A stretch of 27,713 bases of DNA from assembly GCA_036478295.1 (NCBI GenBank), contig JAZGDW010000168.1:1-27713 (forward strand), in the 5' to 3' direction. Source of the stretch: Candidatus Krumholzibacteriia bacterium. GTDB taxonomy: Bacteria > Krumholzibacteriota > Krumholzibacteriia > WVZY01. Position numbers and translations under genes: made by a program. Positions 1 through 9,121 of this stretch are shown here, one piece after another (positions within the stretch are counted from its first letter, which is position 1; the number at the start of each line of letters is the position of its first letter). The notes below the pieces were generated by a model, which did no database searches, had not been told where the DNA came from, and saw only the letters and a program-made list of their open reading frames with translations.

Positions 1-372
1 GAAAGGCTCGGCGGGGGCTATTACCAGGCCCACGGGCGGGCGGATGACACCATGAACCTCGGTGGCATCAAGATCAGCGCGGCGGAGCTCGAACGCGTGG
101 TGGGCGCGGTGGCGGGCGTACGGGAGGTAGCGGCCGTTGCGGTAACACAGCCCGGGGGCGGGCCCAGCATGCTCGTGGTGTACGCGGTACCCGAGCCCGG
201 CGCCGACGTGAAGAGCGACGCACTGGCCGGGGCGATGCAGAAGGCCATTTCCAGCGGTCTCAATCCCCTGTTCCGCGTACACGACGTGGTGCTCATCGAC
301 GCGCTGCCGAGAACGGCGTCCAACAAGGTGATGCGGCGCGTGCTGCGCGACGAGTACCCGCAGCCGGAGTGA
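1..372 (+). CDS. AMP-binding acyl-CoA synthetase, C-terminal part (truncated at window start)
   Basis: Frame is open from base 1: ERLGGGYYQAHGRADDTMNLGGIKIS...ELERVV and LPRTASNKVMRRVLR match the A8 and A10 motifs of ANL adenylating enzymes. Confidence 0.9.
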   Translation, partial: ERLGGGYYQAHGRADDTMNLGGIKISAAELERVVGAVAGVREVAAVAVTQPGGGPSMLVVYAVPEPGADVKSDALAGAMQKAISSGLNPLFRVHDVVLIDALPRTASNKVMRRVLRDEYPQPE

Positions 373-381
373 AGCACAGGG

Positions 382-1182
382 TCAATCGCCGGGCACCCAC
401 GCGACAATCCTCAGCGGTCCCCCGCTGCCGCCGGCGATCTTCATCGGCAGCGCAATAACGGTGGCACCCGTTGCGGGCAGCTGGTCGAGATTGGCCACGT
501 TTTCAAAAGCGGGAATGTTCTTGTCGAACAGGATGCGGTGGCTCTCGAACAATGTGGACTGCCCGTAATCGATACTCGGCGTGTCGAGCCCGATCGCGTG
601 GATACTCCGGTTCGCCACCAGCCACTCGGCCCCGCCTGGATGCAGTCCTGGAAAGTGCAGTTTGGCGACCGCCGCTGCTCCCCGCTCGTCCGTGCCCATG
701 TACTTCGCACGGTCCGGCCAGTACCCCGCCGACCCCGTGTTCAAAAGCACGATACTCCCGTCCGGGATTCTCCCGTTCTTTTTCTCCCAGGCGATGAAGT
801 CGCCAGCCGTCACCTGGTAATCGCGGTCATCCCGTACGCTTTCGATCACCTCTACCACCACCGCCGGCCCAATCAAGCGGTCCACGGCAATGGCATCGAC
901 GGTCTTGCGGTCCCTGGCAAAGTGAATCGGCGCGTCGATGTGCGTACCGCCGTGTTCCGCCGCACTGAAATTATAGGCGGAATAGTAGTAACCCTTGTCT
1001 GTCATTCCTTCGAACACCGTCTCGTGTTCGAACTCCTCCGCCGTCGGCCAGTAGATGGCCGCCGCCGAAAATGCATGGGTGAGGTCAACCCAGCGCCCGC
1101 CGGAAAAGTCCACCGTCGTGCCGCCCGCGGCGGGTCCCGCCAGCATGGTGAGAACCACGATTGTAAGCAGCGTCTTCATCAT
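382..1182 (-). CDS. Cyclase/kynurenine formamidase (KynB-like) family metal-dependent hydrolase with signal peptide
   Basis: HGGTHIDAPIHF motif, GLDTPSID, HRIL, ENVANL, PMKIAGGSGGPLR; N-terminal hydrophobic signal MMKTLLTIVVLTMLAGPAAG. Confidence 0.9.
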   Translation of the reverse strand: MMKTLLTIVVLTMLAGPAAGGTTVDFSGGRWVDLTHAFSAAAIYWPTAEEFEHETVFEGMTDKGYYYSAYNFSAAEHGGTHIDAPIHFARDRKTVDAIAVDRLIGPAVVVEVIESVRDDRDYQVTAGDFIAWEKKNGRIPDGSIVLLNTGSAGYWPDRAKYMGTDERGAAAVAKLHFPGLHPGGAEWLVANRSIHAIGLDTPSIDYGQSTLFESHRILFDKNIPAFENVANLDQLPATGATVIALPMKIAGGSGGPLRIVAWVPGD

Positions 1183-1261
1183 GTGCCTCCTGTAACATTG
1201 TGCGGCGGTACGGCTGGAGCGGCGCGCCCTCTCTGCCCGCTTCTATGGTGCCGGTTTGCAC

Positions 1262-2251
1262 TCACAGATCGACCCGCTCCATTTCCTCGGCGACGCGGAA
1301 ACCGTTGCGCTCGATGGTGCGGCGTGCCTCGCTGTCGGGATAAAGCGCGGGGTTGGTGTGATTCAAATGGATGAAACGTATTTTCCCACGCTCCTTCTCC
1401 GGCAGAGATGCGAAGCGCCGCATGCTGTGCGTAATGAACGGATGGGGAAAGCTCGACATGTCGCGGCCGGGGATCTCACCGTTTGCGTAAAAGGTACCGT
1501 CCAGGTAGGCGACATCCACACCGGCGATCAGCGTCTCGATCCTCGTGCCCTCCGCGTCCCAGTCTTCCCACTGGTCGATGTCGGGAATAAACAGGACCGA
1601 CCGGTTGGGACCGTCGATGCGGTAACCGACGACCTCGGAATATTCCTGCCGGTGCGGCACCCGAAACGGCGTCACCCGGAGCCGCGAGTTCAACACGACC
1701 GACCGCCCGTGCTCCAGCGTATTGAGACGGATGTTTTCGTAGCGTACCAGTTGGCTCCACGGCCCGCCCGCCTCCAGAAACGAGCGCATCTTCGGCATCG
1801 CCCACACGGCGACCTCCCGCGCGCCCATCGATTCATGACCGAGAAACATGAGCCCCGTGTAGTGACCGATGTGCGCATGGGTCAGAAAGATCCCCGCGAG
1901 ACCGGGCGTTCCCTCCACCGGCGCCACGCGGTCTAGCTCGTGTAGCTGCTCCCGAAAGTCGGGCGTACAATCCAGCAGCCAGCGACCCGGGCGTCCCGCC
2001 GGATCCACGACGGCCAGACACGTCACGCGGCGGCGCAAACTCGGGTCCGCCCAGCCCGGATGCGTCTTGTCGCCCGCCTGCGGAGCGCCGCCGTCCTGCG
2101 CCACACCAAGTACCAGAACGTACGGTGTGGCTCCCTTATCATCGGCCTTGCCGCCGCCCGGCATTCCGCCCGCGGCGAACGATGGCCGACCGCCTTGCGC
2201 GATCACCAGCACCAGGGCCAGTACCAATAGCATTAAAGAGCGTGTCGACAT
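1262..2251 (-). CDS. PqqB-like metallo-beta-lactamase-fold hydrolase, probably exported
   Basis: VLGVAQDGGAPQ, LLDCTPD, LTHAHIGHYTG, VPHR, FIPDID, LDGTF, HP, IHLNHTNP. Start moved to ATG 2251 (MSTRSLMLLVLALVLVIAQ, signal-like), which removes the overlap with the upstream gene. Confidence 0.85.
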   Translation of the reverse strand: MSTRSLMLLVLALVLVIAQGGRPSFAAGGMPGGGKADDKGATPYVLVLGVAQDGGAPQAGDKTHPGWADPSLRRRVTCLAVVDPAGRPGRWLLDCTPDFREQLHELDRVAPVEGTPGLAGIFLTHAHIGHYTGLMFLGHESMGAREVAVWAMPKMRSFLEAGGPWSQLVRYENIRLNTLEHGRSVVLNSRLRVTPFRVPHRQEYSEVVGYRIDGPNRSVLFIPDIDQWEDWDAEGTRIETLIAGVDVAYLDGTFYANGEIPGRDMSSFPHPFITHSMRRFASLPEKERGKIRFIHLNHTNPALYPDSEARRTIERNGFRVAEEMERVDL

Positions 2252-2277
2252 GACGAGTGCAACCACCCGCGAGCCTG

Positions 2278-4143
2278 CTAGCGGGACGGCGGCGGCTCCC
2301 ACTCCACGATCTTGTCCATGATCGCGGCGGTGAGTGCGTGATAACCGGGACGCGCTTTGCGGTAGATCTCCTGTGCCCTCTCCATTCCCTCGGGCGTCTC
2401 CGCCAGCTTGCGGTAAAGGGGTGAAATGAGCCAGATCCTGCCGATGCCCACCAGGTACTGCTCGAGGCGCGGGTAGACCGGCTCGTAGCGGTTTGCGATG
2501 CCGTGCAGAAACCACACCTGCAAAAGCTCCGCGTTGCTGCCACCGGTAAAGTCGAACTGCGTATCGAGCGCCCGCATCTGTTCGACACTCATACCGTCGG
2601 GCAGACCCTGTATGAAAAGTTTCCACTGCTGGGTCGACCAGCCGGAGGTCTCGAGCGCCCCGGGCGCCGTCCCCGTTTCCCAAGCCTCTATCTGCGCTTT
2701 TACATGCTCGAAGGCGGCCGAATGCAACACCGGATGGTTATCCGGAATGCCGGTGCCGTAGACCCATTCCTCCACCCCCACGCGCGCCGCCAACTCGGGA
2801 TCACCGGCGAAGAGCTGCTCCTGCAGGTAATCGAGAAACGCTCTCGTCGTCATACTCTGAAACGCGAAGTGATCGAAATACCCCCGCAAGAAGGCATCCC
2901 ACTTCTCGCGTCCGACCGTTTCCTCGAGCAGACGCAGGAACAGGTATCCTTTTTCGTAGGCAACGGTGCTCAGTCCCTCGTCGGGGTCGCCCTGCGAAAT
3001 GTCCAGACGCAACCGCGTGTCCGGGTTGTCGGCTCCAAGGTCCGAGATCTTCGCCTCGAGTTCGTCGTAGCCGAGCACCGCCTGCAGTTCCATGCGCTCG
3101 GTGCCGTAGAGTGCTTCGAGGATGCGAAGCTCGAAGTAGGTGGTGAATCCCTCGTTGAGCCAGAAATCGTTCCACGTGGCGTTGGTCACCAGGTTGCCCG
3201 ACCACGAGTGGGCCAGCTCGTGCGCGATGGTCGACACCAGCGAGCGGTCGCCGGCGACCAGGACCGGTGTGACGAACGACAGGCGTGGATTCTCCATCCC
3301 TCCGTAGGGGAAACTCGGCGGCAGCACGATGATGTCGTAGCGCTCCCAGCGGTAGGGTCCGTAAAGCTCCTCGGCAGTCCGCATCATCGCTTCGGTGTCG
3401 GCGAACTCCCACGCGGCCGCCTCGACGACGGATGGTTCCGCGTACACCCCGCAACGGTCGCTGATCTCCCTGAACTCGAGATCGCCGACGGCCAGCGCGA
3501 TGAGGTAGGCCGGAATCGGCTGCGGCATCGAAAACTCGTAGACACCGTCGGCGCGCCGGGTGGTGCCATTCCGCGCGCTCATTACTGCCATGAGGTCCGG
3601 CGGTGTCGTAATGCGGGCGTCGTAGGTCACCCGCACGCCCGGCTGGTCCTGGCAGGGGATCCAGGTGCGGTTGAGAATCGCCTGGCCCTGCGTGAAGAGG
3701 AATGGCTTCTTGCCGCCCGCGGTCTGCGCCGGCGAGAGCCAGTCGAGGCCGGTGGCGCCGTCGGTCGTTTCGTAAAACACGCTGACAAGTTTTGTTTCCG
3801 GCAGGATGTCCACGATCAGCGGCCGCCCGATGGGTTCGACTTCGTCGCCGAGCACGAAGCGCGTTTCGACGTCGTTCCCCAGTGTGACCCCGTTGATCTT
3901 CAACGCCCGCGTGTCCAGGTGGAGGTGGCGGGCGCCGCTCTTGTTACGGATACGGAGGTCGGCGCGGCCGCTGATGCGCCGCTTTTCGAAATCCACGGTC
4001 AAGTCGAGACTGATGTGTTCGACGATCACCTCGTCCGGCCTCGCGAACGAGTGGTTTTCGACCTGAACCCTCGCGGGCTGCGTTCCACAGGCCAGCACGG
4101 CAACCGCAGCCACCGCGGAGAAAAGCACCGGAACACGCTGCAT
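2278..4143 (-). CDS. M1 family zinc aminopeptidase (leukotriene A4 hydrolase-like), predicted lipoprotein
   Basis: GGMEN exopeptidase motif, HELAH-x18-E (WLNEG) and YEKG; start ATG 4143 with lipobox-like AVLAC. Confidence 0.93.
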   Translation of the reverse strand: MQRVPVLFSAVAAVAVLACGTQPARVQVENHSFARPDEVIVEHISLDLTVDFEKRRISGRADLRIRNKSGARHLHLDTRALKINGVTLGNDVETRFVLGDEVEPIGRPLIVDILPETKLVSVFYETTDGATGLDWLSPAQTAGGKKPFLFTQGQAILNRTWIPCQDQPGVRVTYDARITTPPDLMAVMSARNGTTRRADGVYEFSMPQPIPAYLIALAVGDLEFREISDRCGVYAEPSVVEAAAWEFADTEAMMRTAEELYGPYRWERYDIIVLPPSFPYGGMENPRLSFVTPVLVAGDRSLVSTIAHELAHSWSGNLVTNATWNDFWLNEGFTTYFELRILEALYGTERMELQAVLGYDELEAKISDLGADNPDTRLRLDISQGDPDEGLSTVAYEKGYLFLRLLEETVGREKWDAFLRGYFDHFAFQSMTTRAFLDYLQEQLFAGDPELAARVGVEEWVYGTGIPDNHPVLHSAAFEHVKAQIEAWETGTAPGALETSGWSTQQWKLFIQGLPDGMSVEQMRALDTQFDFTGGSNAELLQVWFLHGIANRYEPVYPRLEQYLVGIGRIWLISPLYRKLAETPEGMERAQEIYRKARPGYHALTAAIMDKIVEWEPPPSR

Positions 4144-4196
4144 CGATTTCCCTTTCTGTATGAAACACTCCCGCCACCCGCAGGAGTTCGCAATCC

Positions 4197-5644
4197 CTAC
4201 TGGTAATCGATCCACACGGCGATCGCCAGAAATACCCCCGACAGCAGCATGAGCTGCAGGAACAACGGCAGCACAAAACGCACCCACTTCTGGTACGGAA
4301 TCCTTGCCAGGCTCAGCATCGCCATCAAAACCCCGGAGGTCGGAATAATCGTATTCGAAAAACCATCGCCGCAGGTAAAAGCAAGCACCGCCGTCTGCCG
4401 GGTCAGGCCGAGGACGTCGGCCAGCGGCGCCATCAACGGCATGGTCACCGCCGCCTGGCCCGAACCCGACGGGATGAAGAAATTCAAGAACGATTGAAAC
4501 AACAGCATGCCCTCCGCCGCGACCACGTTGGGAAAATTCCTCAGCACGCTCGCTGCGGAAAAATCAGCGTGTCCATGATCTGGCCGTCCATCAGAACCAC
4601 CTGGATGCCCCTGGCGAATCCCACCACGAGCGCGGCCACCACCATCTCCTCGCATCCCTTGACGAACGCGCGGGTGGCCTCGGACACGCCGATGCGCGAG
4701 ATGAACGCCGCCACAAAACCCATGAGCAGAAAACCGCCGGCCATTTCGGGCAGCCACCAGCCCATCTTCTGCACCGCAAAAAGGATGAACGCGAAGATGA
4801 CCGCACAGCTTGCAACGATTGCCACGTGGGAACCGGCCAGCTTCTGCCTGTCCAGATCGTAATCGGGCAGCGCGAAATCGTCCCCCGCCATCACCGACCT
4901 GGACGGGTCCTTTTTGATCTTCGCACCGTAGCGTAGTACATAGACTACGGTCCATGTCAGACACACCGCGAAAAAGATGACACGCAGCTGTATGCCACTG
5001 CCGAGCGGCAGCTCGGCGATTCCCTGTGCGATCTGGAGGGTAAAGGGATTGGTCGTCGCGGCAGCAAAGCCAATATCGGCGGCGAGCATCACGAGCGCAA
5101 GACCATAGATGCGGTCGTAGCCCAGCTCTTTCGAGACGATCATAAAAACCGGCACCAACGGAATGAACTCTTCCCCCATACCCAGCGTCGACCCCCCGAT
5201 GCCGATGGCCGTCATGAGTATGATGGTGAGCAGCGGCCCCGACTTCGAGTAGCGATCGAGAAGAGCATGCAGCAGCGCGTTAATGGTGCCCGTGCGTTGC
5301 AGGATACCGAAGACGCCGCCGATGACAAAAATAAAGAATATGATGTCCGCTGCACCCTCCATGCCGCGGGGTATGGCACTCAAGAAACCAAGCACGCTCA
5401 CCGGTGACGCTTTTCCCTCCACCGCATCCCCGATGAGGGCGCCCTTCGGCGACGTGTGCTTGGGCAGCTTGTCGAAGGTGCCGGGAATGACAACGGTACG
5501 GGTGAACGAGCCGTAGGTGCGCTCCTCCCGCGTATAATTGCCCGACGGGATCACGTAGGTAAGAAGGCTGCAGAGAAGAATTACGCCGGTGAGAAGTGCG
5601 AAGACATGCGGGATCTCTATGCGCTTCAGGAACGAAAGCTTCAT
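4197..5644 (-). pseudogene. YfcC/DcuC-like (AbgT/YfcC) inner-membrane transporter, frameshifted near 4560 (pseudogene or sequencing error)
   Basis: N-terminal part (IPHVFALL...TYVIPSGNY, FIFVIGGVFGIL, TTNPFT...AQGIAELPLGSG) lies in ORF 4541..5878 from ATG 5644. C-terminal part (FLNFFIPSGSGQAAVTMPLMAPLADVLGLTRQTAVLAF..GDGFSN) lies in another frame, ORF 4197..4964. Confidence 0.85.
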
Positions 5645-5694
5645 CCTGCTCCTTTGGTTGTCCCTCGTAGGACCTAGAATCGCGGCAAGCCGCG

Positions 5695-7077
5695 TTATTC
5701 CACACCGGCGGCCGCGATCATCTCGGCGACCGTCACGAACTTTTCCCGCGGCTTGCCCTCCGCCTCGCCGCGCGCCACTTCCGCCGCATCGATTCTCTGC
5801 CAGCCGGGGTACCCGACGACTTTGACGCCCTTGCCGGCGAGCAGATTCATCACCGCCGCGCGATCGGGCTGGGCGCACGGCGTCAGCGCCCCGAGGTCCG
5901 CCAGCAGATTCTTGATCGTCTCCGCGGCATCCGGTTTGTTGGTGCCGATGACACCCGACGGGCCGCGTTTGATCCAGCCCGTCGCGTATAAGCCCGGCAC
6001 CGGTTTGCCGTCTTCGGTGACACGTCCCTCGGTGTTGGGAAAGATACCACGACCGTCGTCGAACGGTACACCGGGGATGGCGATGCCGCGGTATCCAACG
6101 CTGCGAAAGAAGGCGCCGCAGCGAAGCTCGCTCCGCTCACCGGTCCCCGCCGCCTTTTGAGCGAACGCGTCGCCGGCCAGCCGGTTTTTTTCGAGAACAA
6201 TTCGCTCGACTTTGCCATCGCCGAGAATCTCCTGCGGACTCTCCAGGAAATGCACGATGAACCGTCTGGATTTGGTGCGCTGTGAGCGCGCCGCGAATTC
6301 CTGCAGGAACTGGTAGTTCTTACGCGCCGGGGCGCTGCGGGGATCATCCAGCTCGGTTTGGCTCTCCGCATTCAACACGAGGTCCGCCGGCTCGACGACC
6401 GGGTCGCAGTCGGCGAGGTCCGAGAACTCCTTGATCTCGGACGGCGTAAAGGCCGCCTGTACCGGTCCGCGACGACCGATGATGTGGATCTGCTTTATCT
6501 TACTGTCCGCAAGCGCCAGCAGTGCATGGGCGGCGATATCGGTATGTTTCAATTCGTCGGTTGTTTTGCATAGAATGCGCGCAACGTCGATCGCCACGTT
6601 TCCCACGCCGATGATCACCGCAACCTCGTGGGAGAGATCGAATGACCGTTCCCGGTATTCCGGGTGACCGTTGTACCAGGCGACGAACTCCGTCGCCGTA
6701 TAGCTACTGGACAGATCCTCGCCGGCGATGCCGAGACGCCGATCCGTCTCCGCGCCGCAGGCAAACACCACCGCGTCGTAGTGCAGCCGCAGTTCCTCCA
6801 CGGTGATATCCCCGCCGACCATAACATTACCAAGAAAAGCGAAACCGTCGCGGGACGCCGTGCGCTCGTACACCTTGATAACTTTCTTTATTTTGGGGTG
6901 GTCCGGCGCGACCCCGTAACGAACCAGCCCGAACGGCGCGGGCAGCCGGTCGTACATATCGACCTGCACTTGCACACCGCCGCCAAAGAGCGCCTCCGTG
7001 ACGTAGAAGCCGGCGGGACCGCTGCCGACGACCGCGACTCTCAGCGGCCGAGCGTCACTGCCCAGTTTGTCCGGCAT
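5695..7077 (-). CDS. Ferredoxin-NADP+ reductase, adrenodoxin reductase/FprA-like
   Basis: [79 protein letters not shown]. Confidence 0.92.
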   Translation of the reverse strand: MPDKLGSDARPLRVAVVGSGPAGFYVTEALFGGGVQVQVDMYDRLPAPFGLVRYGVAPDHPKIKKVIKVYERTASRDGFAFLGNVMVGGDITVEELRLHYDAVVFACGAETDRRLGIAGEDLSSSYTATEFVAWYNGHPEYRERSFDLSHEVAVIIGVGNVAIDVARILCKTTDELKHTDIAAHALLALADSKIKQIHIIGRRGPVQAAFTPSEIKEFSDLADCDPVVEPADLVLNAESQTELDDPRSAPARKNYQFLQEFAARSQRTKSRRFIVHFLESPQEILGDGKVERIVLEKNRLAGDAFAQKAAGTGERSELRCGAFFRSVGYRGIAIPGVPFDDGRGIFPNTEGRVTEDGKPVPGLYATGWIKRGPSGVIGTNKPDAAETIKNLLADLGALTPCAQPDRAAVMNLLAGKGVKVVGYPGWQRIDAAEVARGEAEGKPREKFVTVAEMIAAAGVE

Positions 7078-7273
7078 CTACACTCCTTCTCTATAACCAG
7101 CGGTCGCTTCCAGCACCCGTTCCTGTTCGGAACGGTGTACTTCCTGCGGATCAAGGCTAACAATCTAGCACAGTCGCCCGCAGAAATCCAAGCGGGTGAC
7201 GCGCCGGGTAGTGGCCCGCTAGCAAACGCCAGGTCGTCCGCCCGGCTACCGACTGCCCGCTTTCCACCGCAGG

Positions 7274-8944
7274 TCACTTCGCCACCTGGAAAAGCGGCGG
7301 ATGCTTTTCGTCGAAATCAGTCGCATCCTGGTACGACCCCGCCACGGAGAGCAGCGTGGCTTCGTCGTACAGTCGTCCGATAAAGGTAATGCTGACCGGA
7401 CTCCCCTCGTCGTTGAAACCGTTGGGCAGCACCACGCAGGGATGGCCGGTCAGATTGGTCAACAGCAGGTTGTTTCCCCTGAAGGACGGCGCCACGTAAA
7501 CGTCGACGTCCTTCATGATTTCCTGCATCTCCTGGATGATCGTGTAACGGACCCGGTTGGCCTGGATATACTCCACCGCCGGGATGAAGCGCGACGAGCG
7601 CAGCACGTTGGGCCACGCGTTCTTTATCTGTCGCACCAGAAGATCGTCCCGGTTCGACCGCGTAAGGTCGTCGAACGCGGCGGCGGCTTCGGCGCTCAAG
7701 ATGTACGCCAGCGCTTCCACCGGATAGTCGGGCAGCTCGATGGGAATCAAATCCGCGTCGAGCTCGCGCAGTTTGTCGAGCGTCGCTGCGTCGGTTGCCT
7801 TGAACGAGTAGTCTTCTTCGAACGTTTTTTGCAGGTAGCCGATGCGAAGCTTGCCGAGGTCGACGCCGGGACGGTAGTTGAACGGCAGATCGACCAGGGT
7901 CTGATCCACACCGTCCGTACCGATGATCGCATTGAACACGAGGGCGCAGTCCTCGGCCGAGCGGCAGATCGGCCCAATCTTGTCCATCGACCAGCTCAGC
8001 GCCATGGCCCCCGTGCGGCTGACCCGCCCGTAGGTCGGTCGCAGGCCGGTGGTGCCGCAACGGGTCGACGGCGAGACGATCGACCCCCAGGTCTCTGTGC
8101 CGATGGCAAAGGCGACCAGCCCCGCGGCGGTCGCGGAAGCCGGCCCGGCGGATGACCCGCTCGAGCCCTGCTCGAGGTTCCACGGGTTTCGCGTCTTGCC
8201 CCCATACCACACGTCACCCCACGCCAGCGCGCCGAGGGTGAGCTTGGCCACCAGCACGGCGCCGGCGTCCTCCAGCTTCTTGATAACGGTGGCGTCCGCC
8301 TCGATCACCTGTTCTTTATACGCCGCGGCGCCCCACGTGGTCTTGTACCCCTTGACGGCGAGCAGGTCCTTGGCGCCGTACGGAATGCCGTGCAGGTAGC
8401 CCCGGTATTTTCCCTTGGCGATTTCCTTGTCCGCGCGCCGCGCCTGCTCGAGCGCCAACTCTTCGGTGAGCGTAATAACGCATTCCAGTGCAGGCCCGTG
8501 CGTCTTCAGCCGCTCGACATACATCCGTGTCAGATCCGTCGAAGAAATCTTGCGCGAGCGGATGAGCTCCGACAGATCGCGCACCGAATAAAACGCCAGC
8601 TCTTCGAAGTTATCCGGCACAGCGATCGCTTTGCGCCGGCCGGCCACGAACCTCCGGCGCTTGCCCTCGAACTTCTTGCCCGCCGGCACGGGGTTGAACT
8701 GCAGGGACGGCGGGATGCTGTTGTCAATGTGGAGCGCCCGGATTTTCCTGTAGCTTTCCAGGTTATCCACCAGGTCGTCGATCATGGAATCCCGTTCCGT
8801 CGTCGTGAATTCCAGTCCGGATATGCCTTCCGCCGCTGCCAGCATGTCCCGGGTGATTGGAGATTTATCCTGGTTCGCGCCAAGCAAAAACCCGAGCGCG
8901 CCGGTCAATACGACGATAACGCCTGTCCGCATGAGGCTTTTCAT
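7274..8944 (-). CDS. Amidase signature family protein (GatA-like fold) with N-terminal signal/anchor
   Basis: HGIPYGAKDL (catalytic Lys), GSSGSSAG, IGTETWGSIVSPS, GLRPTYGRVSR; start ATG 8944 followed by hydrophobic VIVVLTGALGFLLGA. Confidence 0.9.
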   Translation of the reverse strand: MKSLMRTGVIVVLTGALGFLLGANQDKSPITRDMLAAAEGISGLEFTTTERDSMIDDLVDNLESYRKIRALHIDNSIPPSLQFNPVPAGKKFEGKRRRFVAGRRKAIAVPDNFEELAFYSVRDLSELIRSRKISSTDLTRMYVERLKTHGPALECVITLTEELALEQARRADKEIAKGKYRGYLHGIPYGAKDLLAVKGYKTTWGAAAYKEQVIEADATVIKKLEDAGAVLVAKLTLGALAWGDVWYGGKTRNPWNLEQGSSGSSAGPASATAAGLVAFAIGTETWGSIVSPSTRCGTTGLRPTYGRVSRTGAMALSWSMDKIGPICRSAEDCALVFNAIIGTDGVDQTLVDLPFNYRPGVDLGKLRIGYLQKTFEEDYSFKATDAATLDKLRELDADLIPIELPDYPVEALAYILSAEAAAAFDDLTRSNRDDLLVRQIKNAWPNVLRSSRFIPAVEYIQANRVRYTIIQEMQEIMKDVDVYVAPSFRGNNLLLTNLTGHPCVVLPNGFNDEGSPVSITFIGRLYDEATLLSVAGSYQDATDFDEKHPPLFQVAK

Positions 8945-9078
8945 TGAAAACTCCCTTTTCCCGAAGGTCAAAAAGAGGAATATTTCTTGCATGATAGCGA
9001 AATCCCCTTTGCCGCTGGAAGGGCTATCTGTTAATTATGGCTACTGACCTGCCGTCCGAGCCCATGACGGCGCCTGAT

Positions 9079-9092
9079 TTGACCGGGGTCAA
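9079..9092. promoter_or_regulatory. Palindrome TTGAC-CGGG-GTCAA, possible Crp/FNR-family site
   Basis: Perfect 5-bp inverted arms with 4-bp spacer, 30 bp upstream of ATG 9122. Confidence 0.35.
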
Positions 9093-9121
9093 CAGAGGCT
9101 CTCCTTGAGGACGAAACATCG

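Noticed and set aside
1262..2251. PQQ biosynthesis locus
   Set aside because: No pqqA, C, D or E nearby; the protein has a signal-like N-terminus; the radical SAM gene is 8.5 kb away and not PqqE-like in context.
2503..4206. Long antisense ORFs (e.g. 2503..4206 +, 7301..8155 +, 9089..10240 -, 538..1374 +)
   Set aside because: They are shadows of real genes on the opposite strand, expected in GC-rich DNA, and contain no recognisable motifs.
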